This document shows, one piece after another, positions 26,335 through 35,554 of a stretch of 64,000 bases of DNA. The notes beneath the pieces are model-generated. The model saw nothing but the letters and a program-made list of their open reading frames with translations, did no database searches and was not told where the DNA came from. Origin of the DNA: an uncultured Bdellovibrionales bacterium (GTDB lineage: Bacteria; Bdellovibrionota; UBA1018; CAIPTA01). The number at the start of each line of letters is the position of its first letter. Position 1 is the stretch's first letter. The translations under genes were made by a program, and so were the position numbers. The DNA lies in NCBI GenBank assembly GCA_964612065.1, contig CAZTCD010000001.1, positions 7,013 through 71,012 on the forward strand. Direction: 5' to 3'.

Positions 26335-27276
26335 TTATAATTGCCCGAGATTGGGGTCAAAAACTCTTTCGATACTGCATCGTGGCCGCATCATGGGGTG
26401 GTGATTGCACACTGCCACAGGAGGCAGATTCAGGGAGCTTTCGTCGAGAACGAGGAAGTAGCCTGGCTTTTCCAGCTGGCCGAGAATCGAATCAAAGGCA
26501 GAAAGGTTTCCTTGCCGAATTTTACTGGCCAGGTGGCTTGAAACGCGCACTTGAGGAAGATGGGAAAGCGCTTCAGAGAGCGGCCGGAGCGGTAATTGCT
26601 CGAATTCCATATCAAGGGCGGAGTCCAAAGTGAGGGCATCTGCTACACGGAAAGAGGATGAGGCGGTACGCCTAAGTGCGGTAAGGTGAGCGCAGGTTCC
26701 AGCTGCCATAGCCAAATCCGCAGCAAGGGCTCTTACATAGGTGCCTCCAGAACAGCGCACCCGGAACTTCATGATCTGAGCGGTTGCTTCAAGCACTTCT
26801 AATTCGCGTATGGTCACTTCACGAGCAGGTATCTGTACCTCCTCGCCCGCACGTGCATACTCATATAGCGGCTTTCCCTTCACCTTGATGGCGGAATATG
26901 CAGGCGGAGTCTGTCTCACAGTGCCTGTCCAGCTCTTGGCGAACTCCTGCCATTCCTCACGCGAAAGGTTTTCGCTCTCGCAGCGATTTACTACTTCTCC
27001 GGTTAAATCACCTGTATCGGTTTCCGATCCCAGCGTGGCTTCGGCCTCATATTCCTTTTCGCCCTCCAGCAGAAAGCGAGCCACTTTCGTTGCCTCGCCA
27101 GTGAGAACAATCAAAAGGCCTGTAGCGAACGGGTCTAGAGTTCCCCCGTGACCGATTCGCTTAAATCGAAATTTTCTCTTTAGTCGATTTGTGACATCAG
27201 CCGAAGTAATCCCTGCTGGCTTGTCGATCAGGAGGATGCCTGGCTTTCTGCCGACATCCATCGAAGATGAGGTCAT
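26335..27276 (-). CDS. truB: tRNA pseudouridine(55) synthase
   Basis: The catalytic Asp motif is present (LLIDKPAGITSADV...GHGGTLDPFATGLL). The C-terminal region is PUA-like. The gene overlaps rbfA by 4 nt. Confidence 0.9.
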   Translation of the reverse strand: MTSSSMDVGRKPGILLIDKPAGITSADVTNRLKRKFRFKRIGHGGTLDPFATGLLIVLTGEATKVARFLLEGEKEYEAEATLGSETDTGDLTGEVVNRCESENLSREEWQEFAKSWTGTVRQTPPAYSAIKVKGKPLYEYARAGEEVQIPAREVTIRELEVLEATAQIMKFRVRCSGGTYVRALAADLAMAAGTCAHLTALRRTASSSFRVADALTLDSALDMEFEQLPLRPLSEALSHLPQVRVSSHLASKIRQGNLSAFDSILGQLEKPGYFLVLDESSLNLPPVAVCNHHPMMRPRCSIERVFDPNLGQL

Positions 27277-27713
27277 TCTCCGTCCTTCGACTCATCCGAT
27301 TTCATGTCAAGAGACTGAGATTCCCGCAGTTTGCGGGTTTCATCTTCTATCTTTGCCGCTTCCTGAAGCGCCTTTCCTACTTCAGCAGCTCGATCAAATC
27401 CTCGATCAAATTTGAAGGCAGGCACCGGGTGCAGCTTCATTGGCAGGCGCTTGATAAGTAGGCGGTGAATAAACTTGGCGCTTCGGTTTAAGGCGGCCAA
27501 TGCGGATTGAACATCCTTGTCAGCTTCGTTTTTACCCATGAAAGCCACCCACACCGTGGCGTTTCTCACATCGTCAGAAAGCTCAACGCCGGAAACCGTG
27601 ATGAAGCCCACTCTTTCCACGTCGGGATCGCTGAGATCTTTGCGAAGAATCAGAACAAGCTCGTCGCGAATGCTGCTGGCGATCTGTAAGTTGCGCCTTT
27701 TGGGTTCAGTCAA
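27273..27713 (-). CDS. rbfA: ribosome-binding factor A
   Basis: The RbfA KH-like core is RNLQIASSIRDELVLILRKDLSDPDVERVGFITVSGVELSDDVRNATVWV. An acidic C-terminal extension follows. Confidence 0.85.
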   Translation of the reverse strand: MTEPKRRNLQIASSIRDELVLILRKDLSDPDVERVGFITVSGVELSDDVRNATVWVAFMGKNEADKDVQSALAALNRSAKFIHRLLIKRLPMKLHPVPAFKFDRGFDRAAEVGKALQEAAKIEDETRKLRESQSLDMKSDESKDGE

Positions 27714-27720
27714 GCGTGCC

Positions 27721-30558
27721 TCACAGCGTCTGTTTTACGAGTTCAACGTGATAGACGTTGATTAAGTCGCCTGGCATATACTTCTCAAAATCCTCAACAC
27801 CGATACCGCATTCCTGGCCCTTGATGGTTTCGGAGGCGTCATCCTTGAATCGCTTAAGCGACACGACTTTTCCCTCGGCAACCACGTCTTTGCCGCGAAT
27901 TACTCTGGCAAACTCGTTGCGTACGATTTTGCCGTCAAGAACCACAGATCCGGCAACGGTGCCAAGCTTGGAAACAGTAAACACCTGTTTAACCTCGGCT
28001 TTCCCGATCTGGGTCTCTTTGCGCAAGGGTTCAAGGAGGTTCTCCATTGCCGTACGCACTTCATCCAGCAACTGGTAAATAATGGAGAAATAACGAACGT
28101 CCACTTTTTCTCGTTTAGCGATGTCACGAGCCTTGTTGTCTGGCTTTGCGTTGAAACCCAGAACCAATGCATTGGCGCTTTTGGCAAACAATATATCGTT
28201 CTCGTTAATTACGCCTACGCCACTTTGAATCACTTTGGCTTTAACTTTTTCGCTGTGAATTTTTTCAATGGATTCTTTAATCGCTTCAGCAGATCCGAAT
28301 ACATCCGCCTTTACGATCACATTCAATTCTTTCACTCCAGGGGTAGATCCCTTGGAAATAAGCTCTTCGATAGTGAGGGGCTTGGGAGCATTTGCGGCTG
28401 CTTTGTCAGCCTGTTGCTTCAGCCGGCGGGTATTCGCCACTTCACGAGCATTTTCTTCGTTGGCAACGGCGTTAAAGGTATCGCCTGCCATCGGTACTTC
28501 ATTCAGGCCGATGATTTCCACGGGGAAGCCTGGTTTAACTTCAGTAACACTCTGGCCTCGGTCATTCGTCATCGCCCTTACGCGTCCGTAAGCCGTGCCC
28601 ACCACTACGTAGTCGCCCGTCTTGAGGGTGCCTTTGTGTACAAGTAAATCCGTAACAATGCCGCGGCCCTTTTCCATTCTGGCTTCCAGCACAACGCCTT
28701 CAGCAGACCGATCCGGGTTTGCTTTCAATTCAAGAACCTCGGCCTGGAGTTTGATGGTTTCAAGGAGTTCTTTAAGGCCGGTTTTCTTGGTGGCAGATAC
28801 AGGAACAAGGGGAACCTCGCCGCCCCATTCCTCTACAAGTACGTTGGCCACCGAAAGGTCTTTTTTCACCTTTTCGATATTCGCAGCCGGCTTGTCCATC
28901 TTGTTCGCGGCCACGATCATTGGCACCTTCGCATTCTGGGCGTGGGTGATCGCTTCCTTTGTTTGGGGCATAATGGAGTCATCGGCCGCCACCACAAGTA
29001 CTACAATGTCAGTAAGATTCGCTCCTCGGGAACGCATATTGGCAAAAGCCTCGTGGCCGGGGGTATCCAGGAAAGTGATTGGCTGTCCATCGACTGTCAC
29101 TGAATAAGCACCAATGTGTTGCGTGATACCTCCTGCTTCGCCACTGGCAACGTCAGCATTTCTGATAGCATCCAAGAGCGATGTTTTTCCGTGATCTACG
29201 TGACCCATTACAGTGATCACCGGAGGGCGAGGCAACAGATTTTCTTCATCTCCATTGGCTTCCGCCTGAAGAACTTTATCAACGTCAAAGCCGATGTTCT
29301 CCACTTCCCAGCCAAACTCCTGAGCAACAATCGATGCAGTATCAAAATCGATCGTTTGATTGATACCCGCGGTTACTCCCAGAGCCATCAGCTTGCCCAT
29401 GATTGCGGTTGCCTTCTCTCCCATTCGTTGAGCGAGGTCAGAAACAACAATTTTGTCGTCAATGCGGATCTTTTTCTTATGGGCGGCCATTTCAGTTATT
29501 TCTGTTCGCTTTACTACTTTTCCAGGAGGCAGTTTTTTGCGCTTGGGTTGGAATACAAGCTCTCGTTTGCGGAAGTCATTGATCCGCACTTCTTCAGGCG
29601 TTGGGCCTCGTGCGGCACCAGTGCCCCTTTTGCGGCCACCCTCTTCTGTTTCTTTAGCAACGTAGGAGGTAACTGGTTGAAACATTTCACCGCCGCGAGC
29701 AGCGGGCTGTGGATCTGCTCCTCCTGTGCGATGCTTTGGGCCTGCGGGTCGAGCAGTGGTGGGAGCACCCGGAGTACGATAAGTGGGCTGGGGTGTCCGC
29801 GGCTGGGCCGAAGGGGGGGGGGCAGCTTGTACAATTCTTAAGCGGCGAGCACCAGATTCACCCAGCAACTCGTCCTCTGCCACGGTACGTGAGGTTGGCT
29901 GTCCAGGGGAGCGAAAGATCACTTTGGTTCCCGGGGCATTGGCCTTAGGGGCAAATCCTTCTATCTGCTGCTTGCGAGCAAGCTCCCGTGCCTCTTGTTC
30001 CCTGCGTGCCTCTTCTGCTGCCGCTGCCGCTGCTTCCTCTTCTCGACTCGCCGATACCGCAGCTGCAGTTTCAGAGCTTGGGGGGGGCGAGGTCTGGTTT
30101 TCCAGCGGCGCTTCGGTCTCGGAGGTTGAACCCACCGAAGGTTGGATTGATTCTGAAGGAGCTAAAGCTTCGGCGCTTTCTCCTTCGGAACCCGTTCTAC
30201 GTTTTATGATTTTACGCTTGGGCCCGGAAGTTGATGTTTTTGCAGCAGGCTTGGTCGCGGCCGGTCCGCCAGCCGTAGTAGCAGTTTTCTTGGTAACTTT
30301 TTTTGTGGCAGAAGAAGTGGAGGCCCCGCCGACTGAGCCTGCAGAGCGTTTTTTTACGGCCCCAGAGCCTGAAGTCGGCTTCTTATCTTGCTTCAATGCA
30401 TCCCTAATAGCCTGGGCTTGGTCCGCCGCCAAGCTGCTCATATGACTTTTCACTTCAATATTGATTTGCTTGAGCTTGTCGAGCAGGGAGAAAGAGTCCA
30501 AGCCAAGCTCTTTAGCCAACTCATACACTTTCATGGATTCTTGCTGTTGGTCAGGCAT
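27721..30558 (-). CDS. infB: translation initiation factor IF-2
   Basis: The GTPase G-domain has VMGHVDHGKTSLLD and DTPGHEAF. An Ala/Pro-rich N-terminal linker and the C-terminal beta-barrel domains are present. Size is 945 aa. Confidence 0.95.
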   Translation of the reverse strand: MPDQQQESMKVYELAKELGLDSFSLLDKLKQINIEVKSHMSSLAADQAQAIRDALKQDKKPTSGSGAVKKRSAGSVGGASTSSATKKVTKKTATTAGGPAATKPAAKTSTSGPKRKIIKRRTGSEGESAEALAPSESIQPSVGSTSETEAPLENQTSPPPSSETAAAVSASREEEAAAAAAEEARREQEARELARKQQIEGFAPKANAPGTKVIFRSPGQPTSRTVAEDELLGESGARRLRIVQAAPPPSAQPRTPQPTYRTPGAPTTARPAGPKHRTGGADPQPAARGGEMFQPVTSYVAKETEEGGRKRGTGAARGPTPEEVRINDFRKRELVFQPKRKKLPPGKVVKRTEITEMAAHKKKIRIDDKIVVSDLAQRMGEKATAIMGKLMALGVTAGINQTIDFDTASIVAQEFGWEVENIGFDVDKVLQAEANGDEENLLPRPPVITVMGHVDHGKTSLLDAIRNADVASGEAGGITQHIGAYSVTVDGQPITFLDTPGHEAFANMRSRGANLTDIVVLVVAADDSIMPQTKEAITHAQNAKVPMIVAANKMDKPAANIEKVKKDLSVANVLVEEWGGEVPLVPVSATKKTGLKELLETIKLQAEVLELKANPDRSAEGVVLEARMEKGRGIVTDLLVHKGTLKTGDYVVVGTAYGRVRAMTNDRGQSVTEVKPGFPVEIIGLNEVPMAGDTFNAVANEENAREVANTRRLKQQADKAAANAPKPLTIEELISKGSTPGVKELNVIVKADVFGSAEAIKESIEKIHSEKVKAKVIQSGVGVINENDILFAKSANALVLGFNAKPDNKARDIAKREKVDVRYFSIIYQLLDEVRTAMENLLEPLRKETQIGKAEVKQVFTVSKLGTVAGSVVLDGKIVRNEFARVIRGKDVVAEGKVVSLKRFKDDASETIKGQECGIGVEDFEKYMPGDLINVYHVELVKQTL

Positions 30559-30612
30559 TCTTCAAACTCCAAAATCAATCAATCTTACCAAGTAACGCAA
30601 TCCAGCCGGCTA

Positions 30613-32031
30613 CTACTTCTTTTCTCCACTATCTCCAGCGTTCGCAAGAGCCTCTTTAAGGCGTGCATCTGCATCAGCAAGAGAAGCGTTTTTCTGGGAA
30701 GCCTGACCTTGTTTAGGCGCGGAACCCGCTGGAGGAGGATTTACAGCGATCTGGTCTCGGCCAGTGGCTGCATCCATGCCCATCGTTTGTACTGCTGCTT
30801 CCGCTTTTCGCTTAAGCTCAGCCGCCGCTCCCTCGTTGTCAAAGCCTGGGATTCGAGCCAAGGTTTCTACTGGCTGGCGGGACAGATCGTAAACATTCAA
30901 AAATCCACATTGGTAGATGGACTGAGCGAGTGTGTCTGTCAGGCCCTCGATATTAAGCAGATTGGCAATGGCATTCTTGGTGCGCATGTCCAGCTTGCTC
31001 TTTGATAGAATATCTACCTTCCATCCGGTGATCTGAGAAGCAAGGCGAACGTTCTGGCCTTTTCTTCCGATCGCGAGGGAGAGCTGATCGTCTTCCACTA
31101 CAATCTCGAGAGTATTCGTGGCGGGGATTACCCGAACCATGGAAATCTCAGCGGGAGCGAGGGCAGATCGAACGAAGACGGTAACATCTTCGTTCCAAGG
31201 AATGATGTCGATCTTTTCCCCACGTAGTTCCTGCACCACGTTTTGAACGCGAATTCCTTTCATACCTACGCAGGCGCCTACTGGATCCACATCTCGGTCG
31301 TTGGAATATACCGCGATCTTAGCGCGTTCACCGGGTTCGCGTACGCAAAGGCGGATTTCCACTACTTCTTCCGCGATTTCCGGAACTTCCATCTCAAAAA
31401 GCTTGATCAGATACTGGGGGGCGGTGCGGCTCAGCACGAGCTGAGGGCCACGCGCGGATTCTGCAACGTCTTCCAGCAAGGCCTGCACTCGGTCGCCTGG
31501 CTTGTATTGTTCACCGGGAATAGTGCCTTGACGAGGCATGATTGCCTCCGTGCGGCCAAGGTCAACAATTACGTTGCCACGCTCCATTCTGCGGGCAATA
31601 CCACTGATGATCTGTCCTTTCCTTCCGATGAATTCTTTGTAGATAATCTCGCGTTCAGCATCGCGCACCTTCTGGAGGATAATCTGGCGGGCTGTTTGAG
31701 CATCGATACGCCCGAAGCCAACGCTTTCGAGCTTAATGCCCAGCTCATCGCCAACTTTGGCTTCTTCGTCGAGTTTGTGAGCCTCTTCCAGGGCGATCTC
31801 GCGGTCGTCATCAGAAATTTGGTCATCCTTTTCAACAACCTTTTTGAACTGAAAAATTTCCACTTCACCGGCTTCATTGTTCCAATGAGCTTCCAGCTCA
31901 GCAGTGGGGCCGAGTTTCTTCCTCGCGGCCATAAGCATAGCCTGCTCCAGGGCTTCGATGATGATCTCGCGACTGATGCCACGATCCTTGCCTACGGCGT
32001 CGATCACTCTGCTAAGTTCGGAGAAGTTCAT
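30613..32031 (-). CDS. nusA: transcription termination/antitermination factor NusA
   Basis: The S1 and KH domains are present (LGRTEAIMPRQGTIPGEQYKPGDRV... and KH motifs). The long C-terminal acidic repeat region gives 472 aa. Confidence 0.9.
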   Translation of the reverse strand: MNFSELSRVIDAVGKDRGISREIIIEALEQAMLMAARKKLGPTAELEAHWNNEAGEVEIFQFKKVVEKDDQISDDDREIALEEAHKLDEEAKVGDELGIKLESVGFGRIDAQTARQIILQKVRDAEREIIYKEFIGRKGQIISGIARRMERGNVIVDLGRTEAIMPRQGTIPGEQYKPGDRVQALLEDVAESARGPQLVLSRTAPQYLIKLFEMEVPEIAEEVVEIRLCVREPGERAKIAVYSNDRDVDPVGACVGMKGIRVQNVVQELRGEKIDIIPWNEDVTVFVRSALAPAEISMVRVIPATNTLEIVVEDDQLSLAIGRKGQNVRLASQITGWKVDILSKSKLDMRTKNAIANLLNIEGLTDTLAQSIYQCGFLNVYDLSRQPVETLARIPGFDNEGAAAELKRKAEAAVQTMGMDAATGRDQIAVNPPPAGSAPKQGQASQKNASLADADARLKEALANAGDSGEKK

Positions 32032-32113
32032 TTTGGTATCCTCTGTCTTTCCGCTCGGCCTTCAACGGGCGGAGCTTTTCGTATGTAGGAGTGCCCTCAC
32101 GGACAATCCATTT

Positions 32114-32668
32114 TTAATCTTTCTCTGATGAGCTCAACTGGCTTGCCGCGTCCAAATTCGCTTTTGTGATTAAAGCGAATGGAATGAGGAAGCGCTCATT
32201 GTCAGTTTCCAGTTCCACGGAGTCTCCATGGTATCCATGAAGCACTCCAAAAAAATTCTTCTGCTTTTGATGGTGCTCGAAATATCGAACATTCCCCATC
32301 TCGGTTTCAGTCAGCGGCCGGTAGGTTTTGATCTGAGCCTTTTTTCCAGCATGCTTTTGAAAGTCACTAGGCTTCTTAAGCGGCCGGTCCAAGCCGGGAC
32401 TGGATACTTCCAGAGTAAAGGTATCAGCCAAAATCTCTTCAAAAGACGGACTTTCGAAAAGAGGATCCAGGCCATGGTCTACCGATACGCAGTCATCAAA
32501 GGAAATGCCATTTCCCTCTGGGTTCTCGATGAAAAGACGAAGTACCGCGCCGCCATGATTGGTTCTAGGAAGGTATTCCAGATCCAGCAATTCATAGCCG
32601 AGTTTTTTAACCTCGGGAGCGATCAAATCTTCCAGTCGGCTCGCAAGCGAGCCCGGTCCTTGTTTCAT
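32114..32668 (-). CDS. rimP: ribosome maturation factor RimP
   Basis: LEDLIAPEVKKLGYELLDLEY...LEVSSPGLDRPL is the RimP core. The start is set at MKQGPGS; the track ORF extends 30 aa further upstream to 32758. Confidence 0.7.
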   Translation of the reverse strand: MKQGPGSLASRLEDLIAPEVKKLGYELLDLEYLPRTNHGGAVLRLFIENPEGNGISFDDCVSVDHGLDPLFESPSFEEILADTFTLEVSSPGLDRPLKKPSDFQKHAGKKAQIKTYRPLTETEMGNVRYFEHHQKQKNFFGVLHGYHGDSVELETDNERFLIPFALITKANLDAASQLSSSEKD

Positions 32669-32964
32669 CGTTATCGGTGTTTCCGCCTGTTGATCTTTTC
32701 GCTCTCTTCTGAAGAGCGGCTTAAATCTGCGGGCCCTCGAGGAAGAGCTTTCCTTCAAAGCGCGGCCGGCAAAACTGGCAGTTGGCTTAAAAAAAAAGCC
32801 CCTCTGACGAGAAGCTCACACCTGGGTTGATAACAAAAGCACCTTTAAAAGGCAAGGCCAGAAAGGCCATGAATTTCAACGGGATAAGTGAATTTTGGAC
32901 CAGCCGCATGAATCGCCCGGTTAAGGGGGAAAAGCTGAATAATTTCAATTATCCGCAAGCCGGT

Positions 32965-32993
32965 TTGACACGGGATTCCAGGGGTTCGAGAAT
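32965..32993 (+). promoter_or_regulatory. candidate sigma70-type promoter for the metalloprotease gene pair
   Basis: A TTGACA hexamer at 32965-32970 is followed by a 17-nt spacer and GAGAAT at 32988-32993. It lies about 90 nt upstream of the ATG at 33081. It is read by eye only. Confidence 0.3.
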
Positions 32994-33080
32994 AGAATTA
33001 TACCGGGGCAAAGCTACAGTAGTTTTGTCTGGGTAACGAGCGTACAGGACGAATGCGAGACCGATGGAGAGAGGCTAGGA

Positions 33081-33908
33081 ATGCTGAAACATCTCCTGAT
33101 AATGGCCATTGTGCTGATTCATTTCTCGGGATGCTATGCGCGCCCTTCGAATGCCCTTAATGCCGGCCGTGTAATTAATTATACCAGCTGCGTGCTTCCG
33201 AAAGATCAGGGTGTGGGAAGCCTCCATGGGAAGTGGGCCAATCTGCCCGTGCCGGTGGTTTTCGACAAAGACTTCTATGTTGCTGACGAGGGTGAAGTGA
33301 TTCCTTCGATGAGAGGGGCATTGCAGAGCTGGAACAATTGGGCAACGCTTCGAGGCCTCGAGGCTTTCAGCTTGAAAAACGATGGATCGGGAATCACCGC
33401 CGGCCGAGAAATTCCGGAACTTACAGACTGTGCGCAGGCTTCCTATTCTTCCTCCATAACCGATATGGTGGGGATCTGGAAAATCAATGGTGCCGGGTTT
33501 CATGCAAATCAGCGTGCGAGTTGCGGAACTCTTTCTAACGGCCAGCCAGGGAGAATTCTTCCCTTTGCGGTACAAGGCCAAACAGATTGGATTATTCAAA
33601 GCGGTAAAATCATCGGTTCAAGCATTCTCCTGAATTTTGAAGACTATAATGCTCCTGGTAAGCAGAGGATCGATGTGGAAAGTCTCCTGCTACATGAAAT
33701 GGGGCATGTATTGGGGCTTCTGCATAGCTGCAACGGCTCAAGCGGCGATTCCCGCGACTCCACCACTTCTCCCGCCTGCTTTTCAAATGGTCTGCTCTCT
33801 GCGCCTCCTCAATATACCAATGCAGTGATGTTTCCCTTTCTGGAAGTGGCCCAAGAGAGAAGGGATCTTAAGCAAAACGATTATCACAGAATCAATTGCC
33901 TTTATTGA
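33081..33908 (+). CDS. metzincin-type zinc metalloprotease lipoprotein
   Basis: The lipobox is IHFSGC. The full metzincin zinc site is HEMGHVLGLLH (HExxHxxGxxH). Confidence 0.7.
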   Translation: MLKHLLIMAIVLIHFSGCYARPSNALNAGRVINYTSCVLPKDQGVGSLHGKWANLPVPVVFDKDFYVADEGEVIPSMRGALQSWNNWATLRGLEAFSLKNDGSGITAGREIPELTDCAQASYSSSITDMVGIWKINGAGFHANQRASCGTLSNGQPGRILPFAVQGQTDWIIQSGKIIGSSILLNFEDYNAPGKQRIDVESLLLHEMGHVLGLLHSCNGSSGDSRDSTTSPACFSNGLLSAPPQYTNAVMFPFLEVAQERRDLKQNDYHRINCLY

Positions 33909-33914
33909 GGATGG

Positions 33915-35060
33915 GTGATTCGCGTGCGGACTCTGCTGATTCCTATAATATTTTGGCTGCCCCTTGCTATGGCGAGCGAGCTTTCGCCTGAGATCCAGAA
34001 GGCACTGGCGGAAACGGAGGCCAGGATTCAAAAGCTTAAGGCAGAAGGAAAGCTGCCGACCGGACCGGAGCTCTCAGCTGCCACGCGTGAGCCGGCTAAA
34101 GCCAAACCGCCATCCGGCTGCACCAGGCTGGAAGTGGGAGGTGCTGCGATCATCCACTATGTCACCGACCAAGAGAGCCCCACGGGAGTGAAGGCTGCGT
34201 ATGGATTGAGTCGGCATGGTGAAAAGCTCTGGCTGGCGGAGGTCCGGGTACATTTTGTAAAGGGAGAAAGTTATCCAAAACCGGAAGAGGCAAATAGCAA
34301 GGTAGACGAAGCTTATCGAAAACGAATTGGAGATTGCCTGAGCGGCTATAGAGGGAAGCTCAAAGGAAAAGAAGGCCGCGAACTAATCATTCGCCTCTCT
34401 GATAACCCATCGATTCCTGAGCAAGAGATTCAGATCATGGGTTACGGATTCCGGAGCAACAGCCACCAGTATGAAGCCAATATCATCTGCCCTGTGGTAC
34501 TGCACGAAACACTGCATCTTCTCGGGCTAGTGGATGAATATGCCCATAAGCCTGCGATGCACGAAGACTATCATGATTGCCGACCGGCTGCACCTCCGGA
34601 TTCCATAATGGGCAGCCACCTCAAAGCGGAATTGGCGCTTATACCGACGACGATTTACGAAATTGAGATGTGTGCCTGTGAGAAAAAAGGCACGGCCTGC
34701 TGGGAGCTCTCCACCAAGAGCGATGGAAAGAAGTGCCCGCCAGGATCAAAATCTGTTTTCGAAAAAGTGGATCCTGCTATCCGCACCTCTCTGAATGCAA
34801 TGAATACCAACGAAAAATTTGTGCTGGATCTTGGAAGGATGAGGGAAAGCGGCGAAACGCTTCCACCCAAAGAAAGCATTCTCTATCCGGCGCATTTTCG
34901 CGCTATCACTGAGCCGGGCTGCAGAGACGTGAACGAGGCTTACTACTCCTGCGGTCAAAACGCATACAGGTCCTCCAAGCCTGCTTCCGGTGAGGAGGCA
35001 GACCGATGCAAGGCAGTGCCGAATGCCTGCCGATGGCGGAGTTTCAAGTGGCTGGAGTAG
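33915..35060 (+). CDS. secreted Cys-rich zinc metalloprotease with an HExxHxxGxxD (snapalysin-like) motif
   Basis: The signal peptide is MIRVRTLLIPIIFWLPLAMA. The zinc motif is HETLHLLGLVDE. The C-terminal half has about 10 Cys. A GTG start lies 6 nt after the upstream gene's stop. Confidence 0.6.
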   Translation: MIRVRTLLIPIIFWLPLAMASELSPEIQKALAETEARIQKLKAEGKLPTGPELSAATREPAKAKPPSGCTRLEVGGAAIIHYVTDQESPTGVKAAYGLSRHGEKLWLAEVRVHFVKGESYPKPEEANSKVDEAYRKRIGDCLSGYRGKLKGKEGRELIIRLSDNPSIPEQEIQIMGYGFRSNSHQYEANIICPVVLHETLHLLGLVDEYAHKPAMHEDYHDCRPAAPPDSIMGSHLKAELALIPTTIYEIEMCACEKKGTACWELSTKSDGKKCPPGSKSVFEKVDPAIRTSLNAMNTNEKFVLDLGRMRESGETLPPKESILYPAHFRAITEPGCRDVNEAYYSCGQNAYRSSKPASGEEADRCKAVPNACRWRSFKWLE

Positions 35061-35065
35061 TTGCC

Positions 35066-35554
35066 TTAAGGAGTAGGGGGAAGCCGGCCGTGAAAATCTT
35101 CAATTCTGAGCTCAGTGATATATTTTTTGCCGTTGCTTTCATACGGGGCACTGGCGGAACCAAAAGTCTGTGGGCGCGAGTTTTCGGAGAATTCTATTCT
35201 AGAGCTGGCTCGAGGCGTGGGGGAGGAATTCACCCCTGCTTCGGTGGAGACAGAGTACTCACCTGGATTGCTGTTCTTGGTGCGTAGAACAATCACGTGA
35301 AAGGAAGCTGGAACGGGTGAGGTCTCCTGATAGGTCCAGTGGCCCATCTGTTGATCCAGCACTTCCACACTCAGCCAAAGCTTGAGGGGCTCCAGCTTTT
35401 TCTCATGCGCCAGGCATTCGCTTTTGTGCTGGAATACAGCAGGGCATTCGAAAATACGAACTGTTGGAGTGAACTTTACGGTGGGCATTGCCGCCCCTTG
35501 GGCCATCACTGTAAGGAGCATCAGGCCAAAATAAATTAATCCAACATATCTCAC
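35066..35554 (-). CDS. hypothetical secreted protein
   Basis: The signal peptide is MRYVGLIYFGLMLLTVMAQGAA. Its start overlaps the stop of the HD gene by 4 nt, so the two are co-transcribed. Confidence 0.5.
   Translation of the reverse strand: MRYVGLIYFGLMLLTVMAQGAAMPTVKFTPTVRIFECPAVFQHKSECLAHEKKLEPLKLWLSVEVLDQQMGHWTYQETSPVPASFHVIVLRTKNSNPGEYSVSTEAGVNSSPTPRASSRIEFSENSRPQTFGSASAPYESNGKKYITELRIEDFHGRLPPTP

Noticed and set aside
29813-29822. Homopolymeric G tracts (G10 at 29813-29822, G8 at 30080-30087, 20080-20087 and 19184-19191, G7 at 9547-9553) as possible phase-variable simple sequence repeats
   Set aside because: All sit in-frame within genes, including infB, and encode PPP or GG. Phase variation of an essential translation factor is implausible. 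They are more likely a compositional quirk, although they could be sequencing-error hotspots.
29116-30445. Plus-strand ORFs antisense to infB (29116-29841, 29783-30445, 28622-29107 and others) and to nusA (31243-32088)
   Set aside because: They lie entirely inside well-supported essential genes on the other strand. High GC and an Ala/Pro-rich coding strand generate long antisense ORFs with Ser/Ala/Leu-rich, low-complexity translations.
32827-33036. 69-aa plus-strand ORF in the rimP/metalloprotease intergenic region
   Set aside because: It has no Shine-Dalgarno, a Lys/Gly-rich low-complexity translation, and overlaps the candidate promoter. It is probably non-coding.
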